Source: a virus
Virus genome (UHGV): UHGV-1543656
DNA length: 25,891 bases
Direction: 5' to 3' (one strand)
In this document: piece by piece, positions 17,824 to 25,891 of the stretch
Layout of the letters: each line of letters opens with the position of its first letter
Position numbering within the stretch: position 1 is the stretch's first letter
The notes under the pieces: model-generated
The model's database searches: none
What the model was told of the DNA's origin: nothing
The model's input: the letters and a program-made list of their open reading frames with translations, nothing else
Program-made: the position numbers and the translations under genes

Positions 17824-18237
17824 TGCGCAGATATCCTTTGCTGCCGTTTCGCCAGTTAACAGCCACATCGGATCGCAGCCAAGAATATTTGCCAGTGGGA
17901 TAAGCATACTGATAGTTGGTTCATACTCTCCGCTCTCCCACTGGATGATAATTTCTTCATCGAGATCGAGCAGCCTGGCGAGTTCGGCGGTTGTTAAGCC
18001 GCAGGCTTCGCGTTGGGTGCGAAGACGGTTGTTGATTGCAGAATTTTTGTTCTGTAAAAGCATTGCTGACGATAGCTTTCTGGATATGCTATTTGTCATA
18101 TCCCATGCCAGTCCTGCGCATGACTCTATATCGCTAGAGAGCGTAGCATCAGGTGTTGCTTTTGCTATTAGTGTAATGAGGCTGCCGAGGTTTTTCAGTT
18201 CTTCGAGACAGTCAAGAGTTGTAGCTTTATTGATCAT
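17821..18237 (-). CDS. HTH (XRE-type) DNA-binding protein, first gene of the leftward early operon
   Basis: C-terminal half ...EACGLTTAELARLLDLDEEIIIQWESGEYEPTISMLIPLANILG is a classic XRE helix-turn-helix. It occupies the position that gene N holds in lambda. Confidence 0.6.
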   Translation of the reverse strand: MINKATTLDCLEELKNLGSLITLIAKATPDATLSSDIESCAGLAWDMTNSISRKLSSAMLLQNKNSAINNRLRTQREACGLTTAELARLLDLDEEIIIQWESGEYEPTISMLIPLANILGCDPMWLLTGETAAKDICA

Positions 18238-18241
18238 GAGA

Positions 18242-18320
18242 TGATACCTCAGTTACGAACTTTGTTTTATGGTAACTAAGGTATCAAGGTGTGGCAAGTG
18301 ATTTTTGATACTTTGGTTTC
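18242..18320. promoter_or_regulatory. Left operator/promoter region (OL/PL-like)
   Basis: Three sites of the GATAC-N3/4-GT(A/T)AC / TTGATACTTTGG family at about 18242-18256, 18272-18286 and 18305-18316, matching the sites to the right of cI. Confidence 0.5.
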
Positions 18321-18340
18321 TTTTTGTGTTTTGTGTCTGG

Positions 18341-18997
18341 TTAGAAAATATCCCACCTGGCATCAACCACAACACCTACTATTTCGCAATCATTGTCCAT
18401 TTCTATGATTGGATATTGTGGATTAAGGGGCTTTAGAAACGCCTTTCCCATTTCAGAAATATATTTTTTGAATGTTGCTTCATTGGTAGATTTTTTTCTG
18501 GCGATGACGTAACACCCTGAAAAAACTTCTTTATCTGGGTTGACAAGGATCGACATTCCTTCAGGAAATGTTATTCCTACGGGCGAAGTCATTGAGTCTC
18601 CGTGCACTTCCAGCCAGAACCCCCTCTCACCAGCGTATTTTACAGAATGCCTCCAATTATCCTGATCATACATGTTGTAGTCATCACCAGAAGTTGCGAA
18701 TAATCCTGCCTGAACCCAGTTAATTACAGGGTAAGAGTATGCTGTGTCTCTCTGTGGGCAGCTCTTAACATTATTTTCCCAATGCTTATCTTTTTCATCT
18801 CCGTTCTGAAGCCACTGCGGTGAACACTGCAGTGCAGCTGCAACTTTAAAAAGGGTGTCACCGTTGAAACTTTTTGTAAGGCCTTGCTCGGCTTTACTGA
18901 TTGCAACTCTGGTGACCCCAGCTTTTTTAGCCAACGCATCTTGTGTTAACCCAGCTTTTTGCCGTGCGTTGATGAGACGTTCACCTAAAGACTTCAT
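18341..18997 (-). CDS. cI: CI-like phage repressor (HTH plus S24 LexA-type autopeptidase domain)
   Basis: N-terminal HTH (LTQDALAKKAGVTRVAISKAEQG). C-terminal S24 fold with GDSM and a conserved Lys (VIARKKS). Start placed at the ATG at 18997 (MKSLGER) with a GAGAGGAGAAG RBS; the track start at 19072 would lie inside the operator region. Confidence 0.85.
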   Translation of the reverse strand: MKSLGERLINARQKAGLTQDALAKKAGVTRVAISKAEQGLTKSFNGDTLFKVAAALQCSPQWLQNGDEKDKHWENNVKSCPQRDTAYSYPVINWVQAGLFATSGDDYNMYDQDNWRHSVKYAGERGFWLEVHGDSMTSPVGITFPEGMSILVNPDKEVFSGCYVIARKKSTNEATFKKYISEMGKAFLKPLNPQYPIIEMDNDCEIVGVVVDARWDIF

Positions 18998-19017
18998 TTT
19001 TCTTCTCCTCTCATGGC

Positions 19018-19095
19018 TGTTGATACTAAAGTAACAGAATTTCTTGATACTTTGGGTTCCTGTGGTTAACATCGTTGGATAACAAAGTATCTGGT
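19018..19095. promoter_or_regulatory. Right operator/promoter region (OR/PR-like)
   Basis: Operator sites tGATACtaaaGTAAC (19021-19035), TTGATACTTTGG (19044-19055) and GATAACaaaGTATC (19078-19092). Rightward promoter TTGATA (19044-19049), 17-nt spacer, TAACAT (19067-19072). Confidence 0.55.
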
Positions 19096-19108
19096 GTGAG
19101 ACTAAAGA

Positions 19109-19336
19109 ATGACCCTTTATGAAATATTAAAAATTCAATTTAAAACCAATGCCGCTATTGGTCGCAGGTTCCCAAAGAAAGGAAGGCCTCGTGGCAGTCA
19201 AGGTGTTGGAAAGTGGAAAACGCGAGGTGTTCCGGAGGATGTTGCCATTCTTTGTCATCTGGATACGAGCATTCCATATACACACCCAAGTCTAGCGAAT
19301 ACAGAAGATGACAAGCCCACAGGAGACCAACAATGA
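19109..19336 (+). CDS. Hypothetical basic protein at the cro position
   Basis: First rightward ORF after the predicted PR. No recognisable HTH and a weak RBS, so the call is tentative. Confidence 0.35.
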   Translation: MTLYEILKIQFKTNAAIGRRFPKKGRPRGSQGVGKWKTRGVPEDVAILCHLDTSIPYTHPSLANTEDDKPTGDQQ

Positions 19337-20040
19337 ACACCGCAATTTTTAACGGCAAAGCATCCATGACCAGCGTTGAAATTGCAGAGCTGGTGGGTAA
19401 ACGTCATGACAATGTGAAACGCACTATTGAAACATTAGCCAAAGGTGGCGTTGTCCGGTCTCCTCAAATTGAGGTTTCCGAAAGAATCAATAACTTAGGT
19501 TTTAAAGTTCAATATGAGCATTACCTGTTTGAAGGAGAACAAGGTAAGCGCGACAGCATCATTGTCGTCGCACAGCTCTGTCCTGAATTCACTGCTCGCC
19601 TGGTAGATCGCTGGCGCGAACTGGAAGAACAGATCCGTAAGCCAATGAGCGAAATCGAAATGGTTGCCGCGATGGCTCTTGAAGCAGTTCGTCAGCAGAA
19701 ACGGATCACTCAGGTGGAAGAAAAAGTCAGCCACGTTGCTGAAACAGTCGAGCAAATTAAAAAGGGCACTATTCGTGAGGGCTATGCCGGATATCGCCAA
19801 CTGAAAGCAAAAACCGGTTTGTCAGATGATAAATGCCGCAATCTGGTGAACGCCTATCAGATTCCTACAGACACCCATGAGTTCATGACGCCGGACGGAT
19901 TGTTGTCACGTCGCGCAATTGTTGCTGTGGAACCGTTTATGGCTGCTTTTTATCGGGTTATGGAGGAAGCAGAACCGCGAGGGACTCGCTGGTATCACCC
20001 GAAAATGGGGTTATTTCAGGTTATTGGTTGGCAGCGGTGA
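19333..20040 (+). CDS. Rha-family phage regulatory protein
   Basis: N-terminus MTSVEIAELVGKRHDNVKRTIETL matches the Rha domain signature. Confidence 0.7.
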   Translation: MNTAIFNGKASMTSVEIAELVGKRHDNVKRTIETLAKGGVVRSPQIEVSERINNLGFKVQYEHYLFEGEQGKRDSIIVVAQLCPEFTARLVDRWRELEEQIRKPMSEIEMVAAMALEAVRQQKRITQVEEKVSHVAETVEQIKKGTIREGYAGYRQLKAKTGLSDDKCRNLVNAYQIPTDTHEFMTPDGLLSRRAIVAVEPFMAAFYRVMEEAEPRGTRWYHPKMGLFQVIGWQR

Positions 20041-20066
20041 AAAAAAGCCGGGAGTAACCCGGCTCA
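20040..20066 (-). terminator. Rho-independent terminator acting on leftward transcription
   Basis: Hairpin GCCGGG-agtaa-CCCGGC (20047-20063). On the minus strand it is followed by a run of seven U; on the plus strand there is no U-tract. Confidence 0.55.
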
Positions 20067-20314
20067 CTCAACATCAATAACGGGGAGCTGTTTCGCATAA
20101 AACGGCTCCGAAACATCCAAGAACAGTTCTAAAGATATCAGCAGCTATATGATCATTTCAAGACCAAATATTGATTCTGCAATTTCGGGACGTTACACTG
20201 TCTCCGCACCTTATAAAGCGGGTGCCGGGATTGGCGTCCTGAAATTGATTACTGAGCATAACCGCGCTCATGCGGTTTTTTCGTGTCATGAGCATTGCTA
20301 CGCCCAAATTATGG

Positions 20315-20430
20315 TGGGGCGTACAGGGCCGACTTCGGTCGGGCCGGGTTCGGTAGTCTCCGGTAACGCCAACCCTGTACGTCTCACCACCTCTGTGATT
20401 GGCGTCCCATGTGGTGAGTTTTCTAAAAAA
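20315..20430 (+). promoter_or_regulatory. Structured GC-rich leader RNA upstream of the second Rha gene
   Basis: Hairpin with a cUUCGg tetraloop (gggccgacTTCGgtcgggcc, 20326-20345) enclosed by a long-range stem gcgtacaggg/ccctgtacg (20319-20329 with 20373-20381). Terminator-like stem ctcaccac/gtggtgag plus TTTTCT at 20384-20424, about 30 nt before the ATG at 20452. Confidence 0.4.
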
Positions 20431-20451
20431 CTGACTACCGGGGCTGTCACT

Positions 20452-21015
20452 ATGACTACTCTCCCAACCCTCTCTCAACCTGAAATTGCCATCGTTGATG
20501 GTCAGGCTGTTACATCTTCTTTGGCTGTTGCTGACTTCTTCTCTAAACGTCATGACGATGTTCTGAAAAAGATTCGCATTTTGGATTGTTCTCCAGAGTT
20601 TTGTGCCCGCAATTTTGCGGAGACATCGATTTCGGTAAATCAACCGAACGGCGGTACACGCAAGCTCCCTTGCTATCAAATCACACGAGACGGTTTTGCA
20701 TTTCTTGCTATGGGTTTCACGGGTAAACGTGCTGCCCGGTTCAAAGAGGCATACATCAACGCCTTTAACCTGATGGAGAAGAGTTTATCAGGTGCCGATG
20801 CGTCTGATATGTCAGCTGTCGCACGAAACGCCAGAGGCGTATACCTGCATTTGCGTGAAATCCATCAAATCTGGACAAGCCAGCTTTATCCAATGCTTAA
20901 GGCCGTTGAATCTCCGCTGGCTAGCAAACTGTACGACCGTGTTGGTGATGCTGTTTTTGGCGCTGCACTTGTTGATTCTAGGCTGAATGGTTCTGACAAG
21001 GAGGTTCGCCCATGA
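20452..21015 (+). CDS. Rha-family phage regulatory protein (second copy)
   Basis: Track ORF 20149..21015. The Rha domain begins at the internal Met (MTTLPTLSQPEIAIVDGQAVTSSLAVADFFSKRHDDVLKKI); the upstream 300 nt is treated as structured leader. Confidence 0.65.
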   Translation: MTTLPTLSQPEIAIVDGQAVTSSLAVADFFSKRHDDVLKKIRILDCSPEFCARNFAETSISVNQPNGGTRKLPCYQITRDGFAFLAMGFTGKRAARFKEAYINAFNLMEKSLSGADASDMSAVARNARGVYLHLREIHQIWTSQLYPMLKAVESPLASKLYDRVGDAVFGAALVDSRLNGSDKEVRP

Positions 21016-21206
21016 TTAGTTACGAAATCATCATCTCCACTACGGAATACAGAAACGATGTATCAGTTCGCACGGATGTATCTGTCTGGCACCGTCGCTA
21101 TAAATCCAGAAAAACAGCGGAACTGAAAGCGGCAGAGATGTGTGAAACCATCTCAATGAAAGGTAGCCCGGTTAAATACGTAACTACGGCGGAGGTGCGT
21201 CCATGA
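21012..21206 (+). CDS. Small hypothetical protein
   Basis: Start overlaps the upstream stop; part of the coupled rightward operon. Confidence 0.45.
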   Translation: MISYEIIISTTEYRNDVSVRTDVSVWHRRYKSRKTAELKAAEMCETISMKGSPVKYVTTAEVRP

Positions 21207-21427
21207 TCCGCCACATCGTTAATTCCCTGTATCACCGATACAACCGTTGCCCCCGAGTGGGGCAGTGGTTTACCACCAGCAACGGCCTCGTTCTGCGGGT
21301 TTGCCTGGTCAATGCAGAAAGTCAGAAGGTTGTCTGCCAGGTGCAGGGGCGTACTTATACCCTGAGTTACCCGCTGGTGGCGTTTCAGTCCGGAAAAATG
21401 TTTAAGCGTCTGGGAGGTGTCGTATGA
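21203..21427 (+). CDS. Small hypothetical protein
   Basis: Start overlaps the upstream stop; part of the coupled rightward operon. Confidence 0.45.
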   Translation: MIRHIVNSLYHRYNRCPRVGQWFTTSNGLVLRVCLVNAESQKVVCQVQGRTYTLSYPLVAFQSGKMFKRLGGVV

Positions 21428-22350
21428 GTAGCAAGATCCTCGGTAATGTCTGGGATGCATGCGCAGCATATGGCGTCAAAGGTGCAAAACTGATGATTAT
21501 GGCGCGCCTGGCTGATTATTCGAATGATGACGGGGTGTGCTACCCGGGTGTTGAAACCATATGTCGACAGCTTGGATTGGGAGAAAGTACAGTCAGAACG
21601 GCAATCTCCGAACTGGAGGCTGATGGCTGGCTGACGCGTCAGTCACGCCGCAAAGGTAACCGTAATACGTCCAATCTTTATCATCTGAATGCTGATCGGC
21701 TTGAGCAGCTTGCCAGAACTGAGCGGGATAAGGTTGCAGAACTGAAACAGCAGCGCAGACTTTCAGTATTACGTGACCCTTCAGATTCTGAACCTTCAAA
21801 ATCTGAACCGTCAGAATCTGTATGTTCAGGCGTGTTTGACCCTTCAGATTCTGGCAAAAATACGCGTTTGACCCTTCAGAATCTGACTCCAGATCCACAA
21901 GGTTTAAAACATGAACCACCAGTAAATTCAAAACATGAACCGCAAGATATTGGCGCATCCGCTGACGCGTCTGCACCAGCGCGTTCTGCCAGACAGGAAT
22001 ATTCACCGGAATTTGAACAGGCCTGGCAGGAATATCCCAAACGTGCTGGTGGCAATTCCAAATCAGCAGCCTTCAAAGCCTGGAAAGCCCGTATCAGGGA
22101 GGGAATAAAACCGGAGACCATGCTTGATGGCGTGAAGCGGTATGCCGCCTGGGTACGTGCTACAGGAAATACCGGCACACAGTTCGTGAAGCAGGCTGCG
22201 ACGTTCTTTGGACCCGATCGTCACTTCGAAGATTACTGGCAACAGCCAGCCGCTCACGGAGGTGGGCGACAGCGACAGGTCGATGTCCTGGCTGGCCTGG
22301 GAGCCATGTCTGACAAATTCGGTAAATCCAGTAACAAATTGACATTCTGA
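21424..22350 (+). CDS. Phage replication initiator / replisome organiser (O-like)
   Basis: N-terminal HTH-like DNA-binding region. Iteron repeats lie inside the coding sequence. Sits directly upstream of the helicase loader and helicase genes. Confidence 0.6.
   Translation: MSSKILGNVWDACAAYGVKGAKLMIMARLADYSNDDGVCYPGVETICRQLGLGESTVRTAISELEADGWLTRQSRRKGNRNTSNLYHLNADRLEQLARTERDKVAELKQQRRLSVLRDPSDSEPSKSEPSESVCSGVFDPSDSGKNTRLTLQNLTPDPQGLKHEPPVNSKHEPQDIGASADASAPARSARQEYSPEFEQAWQEYPKRAGGNSKSAAFKAWKARIREGIKPETMLDGVKRYAAWVRATGNTGTQFVKQAATFFGPDRHFEDYWQQPAAHGGGRQRQVDVLAGLGAMSDKFGKSSNKLTF
21775..21885 (+). repeat. Iteron array (putative phage origin) inside the O-like gene
   Basis: Five copies of about 15-16 bp, (G)ACCCTTCAGA(A/T)TCTG, at 21775, 21791, 21806, 21838 and 21870. 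Confidence 0.6.
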
Positions 22351-22351
22351 G

Positions 22352-23260
22352 GTGACAGCGATGATGACGATTGACCAACGTGAGAAACAAACAAGACTAC
22401 AGGCGCGAATGGATGAGTTACGGGCAGAAATGGATGAGTTACGGGCAGAGATTGCATTTGCTCAGAAGGGCGAAAAGCCATGGCCTTATCGTTCCTGCCT
22501 GATGCGTGAAGGTCGCGGATATTGCGAAAAACACGGTAAATATCGTACGCATATACTGGTGTGGATCGATCGTAATGGCGAGGACAGAGAAAAAATTTCA
22601 TGCTGCCCTGACTGCTTGATCGCTGAGGCCAGTGATTTGACCATGGAACTGTCGTCCCTCAAGGCGGAAGAACTGACTGATAACGCCGGAATTGCTCTGC
22701 GTTTTCGGGACTGCGAGTTTGATAATTATCTGGAGGTTAATCCTGACGCAGCCAGAAATCTTGCGGCCTGTCGCCGCTATGCGGAGAACTGGCCAGATAT
22801 GCTGGAGAACGGTACCAGTCTTGTTATGACCGGCAGTTGCGGTACCGGGAAAAATCATCTGGCGGTATCAATGGCAAAACACATCATCCGTAACTATCTG
22901 GCCAGTGTGGAGATCACCGACGTGATGCGCCTTACCCGGGCTGTGAAAAACTGCTGGCGGAATGACAGTGAAAAAACAGCGGATGACGTCATTGAGCATT
23001 ATGCGTCACTGGATTTGCTGATTGTCGACGAAGTCGGCGTTCAGTTTGGCAGTGCGGCTGAAATGGCCATTTTGCAGGAAATTATCAATGCCCGGTATGA
23101 GGGTATTTTGCCAACTATCCTGATCAGCAACCTTTCACCGGAAGAATTGTGGGCGTTCATCAGTCCCCGGATTGCCGACAGAATCACCGATGGCGGGCGC
23201 AACTGGTTGTCGTTTAACTGGCCCAGCTACCGTTCTCGTATCGGAGGTGTTGCCGCATGA
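22352..23260 (+). CDS. DnaC/IstB-like helicase loader ATPase with N-terminal Cys-rich region
   Basis: Walker A GSCGTGKNHLA and Walker B LLIVDEVG. Contains a perfect 21-bp tandem duplication at 22408-22449. Confidence 0.8.
   Translation: MTAMMTIDQREKQTRLQARMDELRAEMDELRAEIAFAQKGEKPWPYRSCLMREGRGYCEKHGKYRTHILVWIDRNGEDREKISCCPDCLIAEASDLTMELSSLKAEELTDNAGIALRFRDCEFDNYLEVNPDAARNLAACRRYAENWPDMLENGTSLVMTGSCGTGKNHLAVSMAKHIIRNYLASVEITDVMRLTRAVKNCWRNDSEKTADDVIEHYASLDLLIVDEVGVQFGSAAEMAILQEIINARYEGILPTILISNLSPEELWAFISPRIADRITDGGRNWLSFNWPSYRSRIGGVAA
22408..22449 (+). repeat. Perfect 21-bp tandem duplication (aatggatgagttacgggcaga x2)
   Basis: Encodes the duplicated heptapeptide MDELRAE in frame. Confidence 0.8.
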
Positions 23261-24657
23261 CCAGCCAGAACACCCCGGCATGGCGTAACGATGACCTGGA
23301 AGGCGCTGTCATCGGTGCGTTTTTTCTGCGTGGGGCCGATCCGGAAGTGATGGATATTCTGGCCACACTTCCGGCGGATGTATTTTTTGTGCGTCAGTAC
23401 CGGGATATTTACGCGGGGATTTGCAGACAGGCTAGCATATCCGGCGTCATTGACCCCGTACTGCTGTGCAATGAGATGCCGGAACTTGCCCCGGTGATTA
23501 CCGACACCGGACGCAAAACCTGGGTGAAGTCTTCACTGGAGCACTATGTCGCAGCGTTGCGGCGCAATGCCGCACTGCGCGATGCAGAAAAAACACTGAC
23601 TGAAGCATTACAGAATTTACGTGATGCGTATACCTGTGAAGCAGCCGAGGATGCCCTGAAGGATGTGCAGAACATGATGGCCTCACTGTCGACCGGAAAG
23701 GGCGTCATTCAGCCGGTTCACATTGATGATGTCCTTCCGGAAGTGGTCGACCGTGTTGAATGCCGCAATCAGGGACTGGAGAAATCCAGGGCGCTGATGA
23801 CCGGTATTGATGAACTGGACGCAAAAACGGGCGGTATGGAGCCCGGAGACCTGGTATTCATTGCCGCCCGTCCTTCGATGGGGAAAACCGAACTTGCGCT
23901 GGACATCATCGACAAGGTGACTGAGCAGGGGCATGGCGTGCTTCTGTTCACCATGGAGATGGCGAACATCCAGATTGGTGAACGTATGGTGTCTGCTGCC
24001 GGTGGAATGCCGGTATCCCGTCTTAAGTCTGTTGCCCGTTTTGAAGATGAAGACTGGGCGCGTTTCTCGCAGGGCGTGGGACGAATGACGGGGCGTAATA
24101 TCTGGATGGTGGATCAGGCAAACCTGACCATTGATGAGATATGTGCAACCACGAAGCACCACCGGATGAAACACCCGGAAACGGCGCTGGTGGTGGTCGA
24201 TTACCTCGGTCTGATTAAAACCCGCAGCACGGGGCGTCACGACCTTGCTGTGGGGGAAATCTCAAAGGGACTTAAAAGCCTGGCAAAATCCGGCGGTTTC
24301 CCGCTGATTGCTCTGAGCCAGCTCTCCCGAGGCGTGGAATCCAGACCCAATAAACGTCCCATGAACTCAGACCTGAAAAACTCCGGGGAAATAGAGGCTG
24401 ATGCCGATATCATTCTGATGCTTTACAGGGATGAGGTGTATAACCCGGATACACAGGCCAGAGGCATAGCAGAAATCAACATCACGAAACAGCGTAATGG
24501 CACACTCGGGACCATTTACCGGCGTTTTCATAACGGACATTTTCTGCCTGTGGACCAGGAGAGTGCCCGGGTTCTTTCCACTCCCATGACGCCGGGCAAT
24601 CCGCGCAGATACAGCAATAACCGCATGTCGGGCAGTAAAACGGAGCGTTTATTTTGA
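23257..24657 (+). CDS. DnaB-family replicative DNA helicase
   Basis: C-terminal RecA-like domain with Walker A (ARPSMGKTE) and DnaB-type motifs (VVVDYLGLI, ALSQLSRGVESR). Confidence 0.85.
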   Translation: MTSQNTPAWRNDDLEGAVIGAFFLRGADPEVMDILATLPADVFFVRQYRDIYAGICRQASISGVIDPVLLCNEMPELAPVITDTGRKTWVKSSLEHYVAALRRNAALRDAEKTLTEALQNLRDAYTCEAAEDALKDVQNMMASLSTGKGVIQPVHIDDVLPEVVDRVECRNQGLEKSRALMTGIDELDAKTGGMEPGDLVFIAARPSMGKTELALDIIDKVTEQGHGVLLFTMEMANIQIGERMVSAAGGMPVSRLKSVARFEDEDWARFSQGVGRMTGRNIWMVDQANLTIDEICATTKHHRMKHPETALVVVDYLGLIKTRSTGRHDLAVGEISKGLKSLAKSGGFPLIALSQLSRGVESRPNKRPMNSDLKNSGEIEADADIILMLYRDEVYNPDTQARGIAEINITKQRNGTLGTIYRRFHNGHFLPVDQESARVLSTPMTPGNPRRYSNNRMSGSKTERLF

Positions 24658-24911
24658 ACAACAGAACAATCACTGTTTCACCGGAACAACTTCGTCGGCA
24701 GGCGCAGGAGATGCTTCGTTGTGCTGAACAGATGGAAAAAACGAGCGTGAAAAAAGATACGCTCCGCAAGCAGCTTACTCCGGCGCTTCGTGATCTGCTG
24801 CAGGCAAAACACCGCACACAAAAGGCGGTGGATGAGCTGGTGGATTGCGTGGCGGAACTGGAAGGACAGGTAAGCCAGTTTGAAATACTGGTGAAGGAGT
24901 TTACTGCGTGA
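24654..24911 (+). CDS. Small hypothetical protein
   Basis: Track ORF; start overlaps the helicase stop. Confidence 0.45.
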   Translation: MNNRTITVSPEQLRRQAQEMLRCAEQMEKTSVKKDTLRKQLTPALRDLLQAKHRTQKAVDELVDCVAELEGQVSQFEILVKEFTA

Positions 24912-24932
24912 TGACTGAGTTTTTTTCTCTGT

Positions 24933-25891
24933 ATGCATTCAATATCGTTTGCTGAGGTGACCGTGAGAGCACTGCTGACCCCTGAAATTGCCCCGCGTAT
25001 GGGGATTGTATTGTTCAGGCCCGGTTCAGAGCTGATGCCCCTGTTTATGCAGGGGCGTGTCCTGCTGGAGCCTGAGCCGGAACGTTATTCATCTTTCGCC
25101 AGCGGTGCCGTTCCGGCGGCATCACAACCGCTGGCGGATGATCCTGCCGTTCGGGCCGTGTTCCGCAATGAGGCAGTGATCCGTCGTGCTGGTGGCGTGG
25201 AATGTCTTGAAAGCTGGTTACTTCGTGAAAAAGGCTGCCAGTGGCCTCATTCCGACTGGCACAGCGAGAACATGACCACAATGCGACACGCTCCGGGTGC
25301 AATCCGTCTGTGCTGGCACTGCGATAATCAGCTGCGCGATCAGTTCACGGAACGGCTGGAATCAAGGGCAACGGATAACTGTGCCCGCTGGGTGTTGTCT
25401 GTTGTGCGTCGGGATCTCGGTTTTGATGACAGTCACGTTGTGACAATGCCGGAACTGTGCTGGTGGCTGATTCGTAATGATCTGGCGGATGCCTTACCGG
25501 AAAGTGCAGCCCGTAAGGCACTGAGATTACCGAAGCCTGTTGTGCCGACTGTTACCCGGGAAAGTGACCTTGTGCCTTCGGTTCCTGCCACCAGCATCAT
25601 CCGGGATAAGGCGAAAAAGGTGCTGGCGCTGAAAGTGGATCCGGAGTCGCCGGAGTCTTTTATGTTACGCCCAAAACGTCGCCGCTGGGTTAATGAAAAG
25701 TACACGCGCTGGGTTAAGACGCAGCCGTGTGCATGTTGTGGAAAGCCTGCTGATGATCCCCACCATCTGATAGGCCACGGTCAGGGGGGAATGGGTACAA
25801 AAGCGCATGATCTCTTTGTGTTGCCTTTGTGCAGAAAGCATCACGACGAGCTGCATGCGGATACCATGGCATTTGAAGAGAAGTATGGCTC
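24933..25891 (+). CDS. DUF968-like protein with C-terminal HNH-like Cys/His motif (partial, runs off the window end)
   Basis: Open frame to the window end. C-terminus CACCGKPADDPHHLIGHGQGG...LPLCRKHHDELH. Start codon uncertain: ATG at 24933 or GTG at 24963. Confidence 0.5.
   Translation, partial: MHSISFAEVTVRALLTPEIAPRMGIVLFRPGSELMPLFMQGRVLLEPEPERYSSFASGAVPAASQPLADDPAVRAVFRNEAVIRRAGGVECLESWLLREKGCQWPHSDWHSENMTTMRHAPGAIRLCWHCDNQLRDQFTERLESRATDNCARWVLSVVRRDLGFDDSHVVTMPELCWWLIRNDLADALPESAARKALRLPKPVVPTVTRESDLVPSVPATSIIRDKAKKVLALKVDPESPESFMLRPKRRRWVNEKYTRWVKTQPCACCGKPADDPHHLIGHGQGGMGTKAHDLFVLPLCRKHHDELHADTMAFEEKYG

Larger units (their letters stand above)
11985..25891. mobile_element. Lambdoid prophage, left arm (attL side through the replication genes), continuing past the window end
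   Basis: Gene order int, xis, leftward early operon, cI with flanking operators, rightward operon with Rha, O-like, DnaC-like and DnaB-like genes, then a nin-region-like DUF968 gene. Confidence 0.85.

Noticed and set aside
18998-19072. Upstream extension of the cI ORF to the first Met at 19072
   Set aside because: It would place the start inside the operator/promoter cluster. The ATG at 18997 has a strong RBS and begins directly at the HTH domain.
20319-20390. Possible tRNA or tRNA-like gene in the GC-rich structured region
   Set aside because: No cloverleaf can be drawn: no T-loop or D-loop consensus and no 7-bp acceptor stem.
20149-20451. N-terminal 101 codons of the 288-aa track ORF
   Set aside because: The Rha domain begins at the internal Met at 20452, and the upstream stretch is GC-rich and strongly structured, so I treat it as leader RNA.
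20158-20679. 173-aa minus-strand ORF
   Set aside because: Arg-rich antisense reading of the rha2 region with no RBS.
23683-24240. 185-aa minus-strand ORF
   Set aside because: Antisense to the DnaB-like helicase gene; His/Arg-rich composition typical of spurious frames.

Overview
Read by eye from the sequence and the ORF track; no homology search was run, so every functional call rests on recalled motifs and gene order. The window is a chromosomal junction carrying two independent mobile elements inserted into one host gene, a DUF72-family ORF that I take to be yecE. (1) About 393-11601: an AT-rich ~11.2 kb integrative element bounded by a direct AAAATCA core and encoding a large serine recombinase. 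Its cargo is a phage-type Dam methyltransferase fused to an HTH, a winged-helix Rep-like protein with a hyper-acidic tail, a small RHH-led operon, a 25-aa hydrophobic peptide, and a 682-aa protein with a tail tape-measure-type domain followed by a 264-aa protein, with no capsid or other tail genes. This satellite-like element is my best candidate for the undescribed system. (2) About 11985 to the window end: the left arm of a lambdoid prophage. It runs int, xis, a long leftward operon of small unknown genes that includes a translationally coupled membrane-protein/SPFH-lipoprotein pair, a CI-like repressor flanked by operator repeats, two Rha-family regulators, an O-like initiator containing iterons, a DnaC-like loader, a DnaB-like helicase and a DUF968-like gene that runs off the window. 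No rRNA, tRNA or CRISPR array was found. Coordinates I derived myself may be off by 1-2 nt.
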